Shown here piece after piece: positions 18,543 through 29,203 of a stretch of 64,000 bases of DNA. Position 1 is the first letter of the stretch. Each line of letters starts with the position of its first letter. Source of the DNA: Sedimentisphaerales bacterium (lineage in GTDB: Bacteria > Planctomycetota > Phycisphaerae > Sedimentisphaerales > Anaerobacaceae); assembly GCA_963708075.1 (NCBI GenBank), contig OY970194.1, positions 3,968,001 through 4,032,000 on the forward strand, read 5' to 3'. The notes under the pieces are model-generated. The model saw only the letters and a program-made list of their open reading frames with translations. It was not told the origin of the DNA and searched no databases. The position numbers and the translations under genes are program-made.

Positions 18543-21500
18543 TTACTCCCCGGCAATCACGAAGTCGCGGGCGGTTACTGAACTCCAGACTTCAAGAGCC
18601 CGATGATACACCACCGCCTTGACGGTGGCGGAACTGGTCACGGTAAATGCACTGGAGTAGGAGAGGGCGCCGGGGTTCGTCGTCGGGTCCGTGCCGTCCG
18701 TGGTGTAGAATGCCGTGGTCCCTTCGGCGATGTCGGCAATGGTGACGCTTACCGGCCCCGGGAAGGTCCCGCCGTCGGGGTTGAAAGAGGGCGGCGAGGG
18801 GAGCAGATGAATGGTCACGCTCCGGGAGGCTGTCTGCCCCAGGCTGTTCGTGGCCGTCAACGTGATCAGATGCCGGCCGGCCGCCAACTGTCTCATGACG
18901 AACAATGATGGGCCCCGACCTACTTCGCCGTTGCGGTCGGAGGTCCAGACCAGCCGCTGGTCATCGAAGATTTCGCCCTCCTGCGGATCGTATGCGCTCC
19001 CGTGGAACGCGATCCCGGACTCCAGGCGATAGGTTGCATCCGCCTCCGGGCTGTCAATGGTGACCTCGGTCTCCTTGAGCGGCACCTCGAAGATCCCACT
19101 GACCGCCGAGGCACTGTGTATCCCGTCGCTGGCCGTCACCCGGATCCGGGCTTGGCTGCCGCCGGGAAGGAGGCTGAAATCCGTGGCAAAGCTGGTCGTG
19201 GTCACCGACGGCGGCAGGATGCTCCAACGCCGACCGTCTGAACTGTACTCCACCCGGTAGAAGAGACTGTCGCCGTCCGGGTCCGTGGCTGTCCAGGTTA
19301 TCGTGTAGGGGCCTGATATCTCTTGGCCGGCCGGAGGCGCAGTTACGGCGACCGTCGGGGCGCCGGCGCTGACCGGTACTTCGCTGCGGATGACGCTGTC
19401 CTGATCGACGATTCTGAATTTCACCGTCCCCTCCGGGAACGGAACAATCACATGGGTAAACGGGGCCGTATCCAAATCTTCAGGAGGATCGGACAGATCG
19501 ACAAATGTCGGGGTGAAGCCCTGGCGTCCCAGCACGGCGCCGTTCGCATCGACTGCCTGAATCGTGTAATTCCCTGTCACAGTGTCCGCCGGGCCGGCAG
19601 CGGTTGTAGTGCTCCAGGGAAGGGATGGCTCGACCGCTCCTGATCTGCTCACCCAGCCGGATGCCTCGACAAACCGGTCGAGCGCAGTTACTTCTGTGGC
19701 TGCGGCTATCCCGAAGGCCGTTATCCCGGAGGCGGCTGCGGACGCACCGGACCCGGTGGGAGCCAATGACCAGAACAGATGTTTCCAGACTTCCGGCGTG
19801 ATCCAGTAATTGCTCTGCGCCGTTCCGCTGCCCATGAGACACATGGAGTCATCGCGGAGGCCACGCCCCATCTCATAGGGGTGCAGCTCCTTGGCAACCA
19901 GTGTCCCTGTACCACTGCCGGGGAATGGCTTCACTTCCGGATCGGGGCCTGTGACGGCCGTATCAGTCCCCAGAATCGTGCCCTCGTACAAGTAGGGAGG
20001 ACAGTTGATGGCCAGATTGTAGCCGCCGCCGTCGTAGGTGTCTCCGACCTTGAAGATGTGCGCCACTTCATGAGGCACCGTGGCCTGCATGTCCTCATCG
20101 CTATTGACGACGATTGAGGCCTTGCCGTCGAGGTAGGCGTATCCCTGGATTCTCCGGATTGTCCCGTTCCTCTTTACCGGAATGCGTGACTGAACAAAGC
20201 CGATCACCAGGTCGTACGCTCCCCCCATCTTGTTCAGCTCTTCCCACAGTTTCCGCTCTCCGGCCGAAGTGGTGGTATCGTAATCAGCACCTGTAGCATC
20301 GAACAGGGGACCCTGTGACCAGGTGACTTTGTCATAGGCCACCGGATAGACCTGACGCATGAACTTGACGCCGCTCTGCCATTCGTTCCCCGGCGTCTCA
20401 ATCACCCCGTCGAATTTGGTCCTCACCGGTACGGCCAACACCTTCAGTTCCCGCCGATCCTGGAACTGGACGTTGTCCAGGACTTCTTCCGCATCCTTCA
20501 CCTTGGCCGTGAACTTATACGTTCCCGCCTGCCAGTTGCCGCATTCGCTTCGATCCCTGGGTCTGAAGATGACGGCGTTGTTTTCGGTGTCCCTGGTGAA
20601 ATCGGTAAGGGTCGCCACCGTTGAACCGTCCCGAGAGACTTCCAGACTGACACCGCTCAACTCGTCAACGGGCACCGCCTTGTCAAAGAATACCTGGACG
20701 GCCGTCTCCTTCCCGGCGGCAAAGTCCGACACCGGCACGTAGTGCTGATCGTCCACGTATTTGTAGCGTCCCAGGGCCTGGTTGACCTGGATCTTCTTCG
20801 CGCTCGGCTTCGGGTTGAACTTGTAGAAGATTTCCACCGTGCCGGTTCTGGTGACACCAGCGTCTGTCGCAGAATAGCTGTGCGTGATATGGCCGGAACC
20901 GGTGAATTCCTCCCCCTGGAACGTCAGCTCTCCCGTGATGTCCCCCTTGCTCTTACGGAGCCAGTCGTCCCAGGCGCCACCGCTGAAAGACGCCGGGTAA
21001 CTCTCGATCGGCACGGTACTCGTTTCGTTCCTGTCATAACCGCGGCTCGTAGTGCTGCCGGTGCCTGAACCTTTTATGTAGTCGCCGACACCCACCACTC
21101 TCAGCCGAAACTTGTACTTCACCGGGTCATCCTTGCTCTGCTGGGTGATCTTCAGATCCCTGACGACGTCTTCGAGATAGACCGGATCGACGGTCTCGTA
21201 ATGCCAGCTCTGATGTCCTTTCTGCTCGAAATCCCGGCAGCCACTTAAGGTGCCTGGTTTGCATTCATTCCACAGCCACGAATGATAGGAGGTGCCCCCG
21301 CCATGACCGGCAATGCTGAATTCTCTCGAGTCTTCAATGAGCAGTGCGGCCCGGGGATAGGACGGCAGTGGTGGGAGTCCGGGTATGTCCGGCAATTGCG
21401 GGATAGCCGGTAGCTCGTACTGTTTGTACTTGTACGTCCCCTCCACGGTCAGGTTGAGCCGCTCCTGCATTTCATAATGGTCCCGTTCCGTATCGTAGGA

Positions 21501-21698
21501 GGAGTTGTAGGTATCGGCGACGACGACCCTGACCCAAAGGTCAGCCTTGTCTATGTTCAGGACTTGATCGGATGCCCTTGCGGTTCCCGCCAGGTGAAGG
21601 TTGAGAAGAATTCCGATGAGGCCGAATACAAACGCAGAAGTAGTCTTTCTCAAGTTGGTGGGTTTCCTTGGCGGAAAGGGTCTTGAATGACGGGACAA
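18543..21698 (-). CDS. Large secreted protein with a zinc-metallopeptidase motif and C-terminal Ig/FN3-associated domains (start uncertain)
   Basis: Hydrophobic signal region, HEVAHIFKVGD, MCLMG Met-turn-like segment, FNPDGG..YTTDGTDP chitobiase/FN3-associated tail. Confidence 0.7.
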   Translation of the reverse strand: MSRHSRPFPPRKPTNLRKTTSAFVFGLIGILLNLHLAGTARASDQVLNIDKADLWVRVVVADTYNSSYDTERDHYEMQERLNLTVEGTYKYKQYELPAIPQLPDIPGLPPLPSYPRAALLIEDSREFSIAGHGGGTSYHSWLWNECKPGTLSGCRDFEQKGHQSWHYETVDPVYLEDVVRDLKITQQSKDDPVKYKFRLRVVGVGDYIKGSGTGSTTSRGYDRNETSTVPIESYPASFSGGAWDDWLRKSKGDITGELTFQGEEFTGSGHITHSYSATDAGVTRTGTVEIFYKFNPKPSAKKIQVNQALGRYKYVDDQHYVPVSDFAAGKETAVQVFFDKAVPVDELSGVSLEVSRDGSTVATLTDFTRDTENNAVIFRPRDRSECGNWQAGTYKFTAKVKDAEEVLDNVQFQDRRELKVLAVPVRTKFDGVIETPGNEWQSGVKFMRQVYPVAYDKVTWSQGPLFDATGADYDTTTSAGERKLWEELNKMGGAYDLVIGFVQSRIPVKRNGTIRRIQGYAYLDGKASIVVNSDEDMQATVPHEVAHIFKVGDTYDGGGYNLAINCPPYLYEGTILGTDTAVTGPDPEVKPFPGSGTGTLVAKELHPYEMGRGLRDDSMCLMGSGTAQSNYWITPEVWKHLFWSLAPTGSGASAAASGITAFGIAAATEVTALDRFVEASGWVSRSGAVEPSLPWSTTTAAGPADTVTGNYTIQAVDANGAVLGRQGFTPTFVDLSDPPEDLDTAPFTHVIVPFPEGTVKFRIVDQDSVIRSEVPVSAGAPTVAVTAPPAGQEISGPYTITWTATDPDGDSLFYRVEYSSDGRRWSILPPSVTTTSFATDFSLLPGGSQARIRVTASDGIHSASAVSGIFEVPLKETEVTIDSPEADATYRLESGIAFHGSAYDPQEGEIFDDQRLVWTSDRNGEVGRGPSLFVMRQLAAGRHLITLTATNSLGQTASRSVTIHLLPSPPSFNPDGGTFPGPVSVTIADIAEGTTAFYTTDGTDPTTNPGALSYSSAFTVTSSATVKAVVYHRALEVWSSVTARDFVIAGE

Positions 21699-21967
21699 GA
21701 GAAACGGGTTGCCATAGGTGTCAGTAATACTCGGCCCAAGGTAACTACTCAGCTAGGCCCACCATGGCGATACCCCTTTGATTAGACGGGGATTTCCCGT
21801 TCGACTTCATAGCCTGTGCCCCGGCACGGCATACATGTCATGATACCGAAACACCGCATCTGATGTCAATAGCTCCGGTCATCCACTCAGCGTGTTCTTG
21901 CGTCGGAATCCGGCATTCTGCCACGAGATCCTGTATCCCGCGAACACCCATGATTGGATTCTCAGGA

Positions 21968-24900
21968 CTACTCATGTCTCGTGCCGGGTGTCCCAAATAA
22001 ACTCACGGCCCGCCAATTCCCGCCTCGATTGTTGTCGCTTGATACATCCATCAATTCGATGGTGTATCCGGTTTCTCCGGCCGTTTGGGGCCAGGGAGCG
22101 ACCGATGCGTAATCGACCCTGTCGACGACCTTGTTCTCTGTGTCCAGGACACGAAGGGATTCCCCTTCACTGCTGAGTCCAAACCCAAGGTTCCCCAGCC
22201 GATTCTTGACGTAGGGATGGACGGCCTTGAACTTGATCTTGTCCCGACACAATACCAGATGACTGCCGGGCCAAAGTACGGTATCTGGAGGGAATGCATA
22301 GGCGTGTCCCGCTCCGTCGGTGAACTGCCATCCGGTCAGATCAACGGCCGTGGCGGTACGATTGTACAGTTCAACCCAGTCATCACTATCAGCCTCGGGG
22401 GCAGACTTGAAGTTGATTTCCGTGATGACGATCGGATCTGCGACGGTCGTGGCATCCGCGTTCAAGAAGGCGGTGAATTGAGCATCGTCCAAGAGTTTGA
22501 TCTCGATCTCAGGTGTATCAACCCGCTGCGTTTGAACCACGGGGGCGTCTTCGCCTGACAGGGAACAGTCAAAGCTCATGTCGGACTTGTCCCCCCGGGT
22601 CTGATGGACCTCTACGGCTAATATGTTGACACCGGATCGCAAGTGAGCAGGAGAGACTTGAACCTTCGTGAAGCCATTTTCATTAGCAGTCGCCTGAGTT
22701 GCCGGCGTATCATAATAAATGGCTCCCGACGGCACGTTGATACGTGCGATTTCCTGGCCATTCAGATAGGCCACAGCCCCGTCATCCACCAGCAGAGAAA
22801 TCCACAATGAACGCCAACGTGCGACATTGGCCACCGAAAATGACGTGCGAAAATAGGCGGCGAAACGTTTGTTGTTCGCATTCCCACCGTAGTCGATCAC
22901 CGTGGCTTCGTCTCCATCACCATAGCCGAGTTGGGCCGGGCCGGAGGGCCATGCCGAATCGTCATAACCTGTCTGCTGCCATTCGGTGCCAAGATCCACT
23001 CCGATGTCCGAGTATCTCCAGACGGATCCCCTGTCCACAATGACCTTCGATGGGACCACAGCGGACTGGAGTTCCCAGTGCGAAAAGGTATACCCCAATC
23101 TGGGTGTCGCGCGTACGACGATGGGGATGTCATTGAAATAGGTCCCCTGGAATCCATCGCGGAGTCGCTTACCATTGATTTGAAGCACGGCGGAATCCGG
23201 GACATGCAGATGGAGGCTGACCTCAGACGTCCCGCTCAATCCAAAGTGGTCGAGAAAATGGCGTGCGGTCAAGGCGGGCCGTTGAACGGCAAAGAATCGC
23301 ATCTCGTTAACATTCTGTTCCCAGCGTGCCACAGAGTTGAATGTGGGACTCATCCAGGTCTCCAGGGCATCGGGATCTTTCTGCCCTCCCCACTTGGTGA
23401 TGTGCCGCGGAATCTCGGGCGCCAGTCGCTCCTGGAACCGATCTATGAATCCCGCCAGACGTTCCGGATTGAAGGTCGTATTCATGTGATAGGCATAACG
23501 CTGGATGAACTCATTCCGAAAGCCTTCATTCTTCAGCAGGTTTCTAAACAGGCGCGTGGACGATTCCGGATTGGGCCAGCCCGGCCCAGTGGTGGTGGTC
23601 GTCTTCTCGATCATGTCCTCTCCGACCGACCACGACATGAAACATTGATCCATGTCGTAGTTGACCCATCGCCACCGCGCACGAGGCCCCGAATTTGCCC
23701 GCCAGAATTTGATATTGTTGACCGGCCAATCCCTCTCCGCCAGGTAAATGTGCCCGATCATGTAATCGATATACTCGTCGATGTCAATCTGAGCCTTGAC
23801 AACCTCGTACTGCGCAGGATCAGCCATGTTATGGCTGTTGGCATAGTTCACCATGGCCGTGTAACCGGCATTGGTCCCCGAGACGACGCTGCCGGTGCCT
23901 TCCAGCAGATTCACTTCATCCGGGTCAACGCCGAAATTTCCGGCGACGTAGTGCTCATTGACCTTCTCACGGATATTGTGGATGCCCCAGTATTTACCAT
24001 TGAGGAACAGGACCGCCGGACGGTAGGCCTGACAGTCAATGTCCATATGTTCCACCAGCACCATTTGTGACAAGGCGTCACGGAACATGGTGAGTACCTG
24101 ATCATCTCCCGAAGCTCTCAGGACGAAGGATTCGAAATGGTCGATATCCTTGTCCGGAAAGAGCTGATACTGAAACGATCCCTTGCCATACTCTTTGCGC
24201 GAACAGGGCCAGTGATTTCTGAGGAAACCGGTGACGCGAGCAACCACCAAAGATCTTCACGCCGGCTTGCTGGTTGAAGCCCGGAGTCCCATCCGTTTCG
24301 TATAGTTCAACGTTCACGGGCCGTTCCCAATCCTGTTTCAGATTGCGGATGGCGCTGTCACAGTAGCCACCCTTTCCGCGAGTGCCGGTCACGTAAATCC
24401 CGCGTTCATCACTGAAGAAATGATTCGGATCCGTGACAATCGAGATAAAGGGAAGATGGATCGGCTCATCGATGAAATAGGTATGCGTGGCAACATCACT
24501 GGGTGCAAAACCGCGCGTGTAGCCGATGGCGCGGACCGCGGTGGTGGCATCAAGGGCAATCGGAGCCTGATAGCGTAAGGCGCTGTCATCCGGCGCCGTG
24601 CCGTCAAGAGAGTAGTAGATATCGATCTGCTCGGAATTCTGGAAGCGGAGCACCTGAGCTCCCTGGTAAAACCCTCCGGTAATTGAGAAGAGGGGTTGTG
24701 GCGTCACCTCCACGCTATCTTGAGGGTCATTGACTGACCCGGGGCTGGGTGGGCTGAAGAAGCTCCATTGATTCGGATCGTTTCCCAGACGCCCGTACGA
24801 CATGTCATCTTGTTGCGCACCGAAGCTCAGCGCATCCACGAGAACACCCTCCGGCGTGTGCAGGCCGAGTTGCTCCCCTCCTTTGTCCAGCTTGAAGCTC

Positions 24901-25298
24901 ATGTGGAGTCCGGTATTGCGACCATCGGCCCACAGGAGAAGAAAGCCGGTTCCAGGAATCAGGGTTCCGTCGGGAATCCGCCACTTCAGCGGCTCATCCA
25001 GGTTATCCGTCACGTAGTAGCCGCTCAGGTCCATGGCTCCATGGGCCGTGTTGTATAGCTCGATCCAGTCGGAGAATTCTCCAAACTCGGGGTCCCTGTT
25101 CGCCGTTTGGTTGGATGCGAGAAACTCATTAATAAGGATCTCAGGCGATCGGCCCCGCGTCGTCGCATCAGGAATGAGAAGAACAAGCATGCCTAAAGCA
25201 AATCGTGTACGTGTATTCAAGCGAAATGCTCCTTCTCGGATACGCGCGAGTGAACGATGACATCGGCACAAGGACGTTGCATGAGGTAAAGCCGCCAC
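21968..25298 (-). CDS. CotH kinase-family protein with lamin-tail domains; frameshift near 24197 (start uncertain)
   Basis: ILINEFLASN..DWIELYN, DWERPVNVE, QKSLALFA|RKEYG, FLNGKYWGIHNIRE, DWPVNN, VITEINF..DWVELYN..GTPG. Confidence 0.85.
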
Positions 25299-25600
25299 AT
25301 CACCCTGACCAACTCCGTCAGATCCGAGCAGACAACTGCCGAACCTGAATAACCCATTATACCAGTTTGAGGGCTAAAAACAAAGTGCCGTTTCCGGTGA
25401 GCGAGTATCGTAGCGTTTAGCCGAGGCAGAATCTACCCGCGGGCCGGCTATCTTGTTTCGTAATATGCTTAATCGCCGTTGGCGCTATCACCCCAGGTGT
25501 TCTCATGGGTTCGGAAGGTGGTCGTGGGTCCTGTGCCGGGTCTTGAGATCCTTGCTAGTATACACACGCACGCTGTTTCGCCGCCGGCACAGGCTAAGAA

Positions 25601-25645
25601 TCAGGGGGCCTGTCCCGGTCGAACGATCCGGTCCAGGCCCCCTGA
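25601..25645 (-). terminator. Hairpin downstream of LamG paralogue 2
   Basis: TCAGGGGGCCTG / CAGGCCCCCTGA stem; the 5' arm resembles the hairpin at 4668-4710. Confidence 0.6.
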
Positions 25646-25668
25646 ACTGGTGCGCAGCCAGCTATTTA

Positions 25669-28600
25669 TTACCGTGGTCCATAGAACGGCGCCGTCCGGC
25701 CGGCCAGCGACGCAATCTCCCCGGGCGACAGTGCCCGATTGTAGAAGCGGGCATCGTCGATCATGCCGGTGAAGTTGCGGCTGATCGTGGCGCCGTCGGT
25801 TCCGAGCCAGGCGCCGATCAGGCCGTCGCCCAGCGTGACGGTGACGGGGGCGGTCAACGCCCGGGAAGACTCCTTCAGGCCGTTGAGCCACAACGCCCAC
25901 TCGGTCGGCGAGAGGGTGACCGCCACGTGGCTCCACTGGTTTGCCTTCGCAATCGACAGGCCGGTGAGGTCGCCCGTCGCGACGCCATTGACCCCGGCAT
26001 TGACCTTCCCATAGCTGTACCGCCAGTGCAGGTCTGCAGTCTCCCAGCCGTTGGCGTGGAAGAAGCTCGCGAACTGCACGGGGACCGGATCGACCGTCGT
26101 ATTCACCCACATGGCGATCGTCAGGGCATTGCCGCTCCCAAGCAGCGGGACCGCTACGGCATCGCCGACACCGTCCAGGGTGACTACCTGGCTTCGGACC
26201 GGATCGCCGACGATCTTCGCATCCCCTCTGGCGGTCCCATGGTTCGCGCCGGCGGAGTCCTTGAAGTCGGCGTCGAACTTGTACCAGGCAGCCAGGCCCG
26301 TCGTGCCCGGATCGACCGGGGTGATCATCTCGCCGGGGCCCGGGTACAGCCGGATGTCGTCAAAGAGCAGCTTGCCCTCCGCGCCGGCGCCATCGACGCC
26401 GATCGCCAGCTTCGCGACGCTCTTGAGGTTGGCACCCATGGATCCCAGATCGATAGTCCACGGCTGCCACTGACTTCTCTTGATGTCCTCGGCCAGGTCG
26501 TAAACGATTTTCGTGCTGTTGATCTTGATGTACATCTGCCCGGCGTTGTTCGGGTCGCCATGGAAGTACAGCACGAGCGTCTTGATGCCGGCCTGGCTCC
26601 AATCCTGGGCCGTGTCGAACGTTCGCACAGCCTCGGAGGTCGTCACACCGTTGGTGTTGCTGTACTCGAAGGGCATGGACTTCGTGCCGCCATGGACTGC
26701 GGCAGTCTCCATGACGTCTCCCGCCGTTGGATCGTAGCCGACCAGAGAGCCCGTGCCGTTGCCGGGATCGCCTTTGGGGAAGAAGTCGTCCGACGAGAAG
26801 CCCATGCCGTCGATCCAGGTCTGGAAGACGCGTGCGGGCGAATCGTTCCCATAGGTTTCGAAGTCATCGATGACCAGATAATCGGCCGTGGTGAAGCTCC
26901 AGATGGGGCCCTCCCACGTGCTGACCGTCTCGGCGGTGTTGACCTCATTGACCTTCCAATAGTACGTCATCCCGAGGCTCATGCCGGCGGGTGTGTAGCT
27001 GCCTGTGCCGGTGGTGCTCAACGGCGCTGTTCCATCCACCACGGCCTGCCGATCCGTGCCCAGGTAGACCTGGTGGGAGGCGGCCTCACGTCCGGTTCGC
27101 CAGCTCAAGGTCACATCCGGCTTCACACCCGTGGCGCCGGAGGCCGGCTGAGGCTGCCTCGCCTGTACGGGTTTGTAGTAGAAGCGGACCTTGCTCAGAC
27201 CATACTGCTTCACTATGCCGCCCCAGTTGCTTTGCGGAGCGAGCCTGACGAACTTGGCCGGGACGCCGTCAAAGGTGATGGTGGTGTTGTGGACATAGTC
27301 GCCCATGCCGGGCCCCTGAGCGAACTGGTGTACGGCGCCCAACTGCGTCCAGGTGAGGCCATCCATTGAGTACTCAATGACGACGTCCTTGAAGCCTAAG
27401 CCGAAACTCATCTCGAACGTAGTGTTATAGTTCCACACCCACATCTCATACACGCGATAGGTCGCATCAAATTCGTACTGTATCCAGATCGGTCCGCTCG
27501 TGCCGTTGCCGATCCACATCTCCGTGTCGGTGCTGGAGTGCTGATCCACGGCGTTGAGCCCGGAGCGATTGACGGTATTCTGTGGATTGGTCCCGGCTGC
27601 ACTGGGGCCCGACGCCGTGGCGACAACGGTCTCGATTGGATAGAAGGGTGGCTCGACGGTGAAACTCCACACGCTGCCCTTGAAGACAGTATTGTCGGGA
27701 GCGGCGTTGACTTCATCCACCCGCCAGTAACAGGTCTGCCCCAGTTGCAGAACGCCCACTGGATCATAGGAGTTGGCGTCCTGGCCTTGACTGACCAGTG
27801 CGCCCTTGGGGTTGGCGGCGCTGGCCGTGTCGACATCATCAAAAACAGTGCCGAAGTAGACATCGTGCGTTTTGGCGAATTCTCCCGGCGTCCAGCCAAG
27901 AACCACATCACGAGGAACATCCATGGCTCTGTCAGCCGGGATCGGATCGGAGGAAGGACGTGCATCTCCTCCCTTCATAACCATCTGAAGATCGCTCACC
28001 GACAACACCCGGCTATAGATCCGGACATCGTCGAGCAAACCACTGAAGTAGTAATTGGCAGTGGGCACTTCCGCACAAAGTCTTAGTGTGCCCGTCGATG
28101 CCACGAGGCTCCTGGTGACGCCCGTGGTTGTCGCGTCCAATACGCCGTTGACATACTCCCTGATCTCATTGGCTGTATCGTCAAATACGCAAGCGACGTG
28201 GTACCACGTGCTCGTTGACGTCAGAGCTGTTCCATTGGTGGCTCTGGTAAGGGTCTGTCCGCCGGCATCCCATACTTCCATTTCCAGCCGGGGCGTGTTG
28301 CCACTATTGCCTCCGTTGTACACGCCCATCTTGAAGCCGGAGTTCCCATTCCTGTTCCCTAGTATCTTTCTGTCGCCGTTTATCGCAGGTCGATTGATCC
28401 AGGCACAAAGCGTAATGCCCCCGGTGCCATTCGTGGACAGATTCAGAGTCCCACAATTGACATATTGATTGGTGCCGTTAAGGCTCAGGGCCTGGTCCAA
28501 CTGTCCGGCGCCATACGTGGGGCTGTTGACACCGGTGCCGTCGTTGGCGCTGCCCGTGCTGCCGGAGTTCGTCAGATTACCTTCAAAAGCCCACCAGCAG

Positions 28601-28692
28601 ACAAGGCTCGGGTCCGCTGCACCGGCACTACTCGTCAAAGCCAGCCCGGACACCAGGATAATGGAAAGCAAACGAATGGGTCTCTTGCACAT
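25669..28692 (-). CDS. Large secreted LamG/discoidin multidomain protein, paralogue 2
   Basis: AAGGAGG RBS before MCKRPIRLL, N- and C-terminal LamG domains, same central modules as 1599-4595. Confidence 0.88.
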   Translation of the reverse strand: MCKRPIRLLSIILVSGLALTSSAGAADPSLVCWWAFEGNLTNSGSTGSANDGTGVNSPTYGAGQLDQALSLNGTNQYVNCGTLNLSTNGTGGITLCAWINRPAINGDRKILGNRNGNSGFKMGVYNGGNSGNTPRLEMEVWDAGGQTLTRATNGTALTSTSTWYHVACVFDDTANEIREYVNGVLDATTTGVTRSLVASTGTLRLCAEVPTANYYFSGLLDDVRIYSRVLSVSDLQMVMKGGDARPSSDPIPADRAMDVPRDVVLGWTPGEFAKTHDVYFGTVFDDVDTASAANPKGALVSQGQDANSYDPVGVLQLGQTCYWRVDEVNAAPDNTVFKGSVWSFTVEPPFYPIETVVATASGPSAAGTNPQNTVNRSGLNAVDQHSSTDTEMWIGNGTSGPIWIQYEFDATYRVYEMWVWNYNTTFEMSFGLGFKDVVIEYSMDGLTWTQLGAVHQFAQGPGMGDYVHNTTITFDGVPAKFVRLAPQSNWGGIVKQYGLSKVRFYYKPVQARQPQPASGATGVKPDVTLSWRTGREAASHQVYLGTDRQAVVDGTAPLSTTGTGSYTPAGMSLGMTYYWKVNEVNTAETVSTWEGPIWSFTTADYLVIDDFETYGNDSPARVFQTWIDGMGFSSDDFFPKGDPGNGTGSLVGYDPTAGDVMETAAVHGGTKSMPFEYSNTNGVTTSEAVRTFDTAQDWSQAGIKTLVLYFHGDPNNAGQMYIKINSTKIVYDLAEDIKRSQWQPWTIDLGSMGANLKSVAKLAIGVDGAGAEGKLLFDDIRLYPGPGEMITPVDPGTTGLAAWYKFDADFKDSAGANHGTARGDAKIVGDPVRSQVVTLDGVGDAVAVPLLGSGNALTIAMWVNTTVDPVPVQFASFFHANGWETADLHWRYSYGKVNAGVNGVATGDLTGLSIAKANQWSHVAVTLSPTEWALWLNGLKESSRALTAPVTVTLGDGLIGAWLGTDGATISRNFTGMIDDARFYNRALSPGEIASLAGRTAPFYGPR

Positions 28693-28814
28693 ACCTATCC
28701 TCCTTCTCAAGGTGACGGCACATGTCCGTGGACCAGGCTCAACCATGGACGATCCACTTGCGTCCGAGGCAGCACACCCAGCCGTGTCTTTATTATAGCC
28801 ACATGGCTCGTGTC

Positions 28815-29030
28815 TCGCAATGCCGTTCTTGCGTTCCATGGATGTCACCAGGATGGGGGTGGCTCCCTTGGCTCGTGCGTCTGCGACCGGTTTCTTGAGG
28901 TCCGATTTGTATGTATCAGAGGCATTGGCGGACTTGTCTTTCATGTCGTTGTGGCCGAACTGGACAATCAGGTAGTCCCCCGGCTTGATGAGGCTCATGA
29001 CCTTATCGATGCGCCGCGCCCCAAGCGAGT
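28815..29030 (-). pseudogene. Internal fragment of a rhamnogalacturonan acetylesterase (SGNH hydrolase)
   Basis: SLGARRIDKVMSLIKPGDYLIVQFGHNDMK..ARAKGATPILVTSMER; the GDS and DxxH blocks are absent. Confidence 0.75.
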
Positions 29031-29203
29031 TCCTCTAAGCGTGTGGGCAATGTTCTGGAGATTACTGCCGATGTGGAATAGACTTGTCGGCTGGACCGCA
29101 CCTACAGTGAAAAGCTGGTGCCCCGAGTTGAGGGTGGTTGCGGTTTAGGCGCCCGGCGAGTGAAAACACGCATTGATATGAAATCGAGATTCAGGAGCTC
29201 AAA

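Noticed and set aside
25420..25505. Short minus-strand ORF starting MRTPG like the IS630 transposase
   Set aside because: Similarity is limited to five codons; no IR nearby
25669..28998. 1109-aa esterase-LamG fusion as given by the ORF track
   Set aside because: A strong RBS and signal peptide at 28692 mark the real start; the upstream part is a gene fragment
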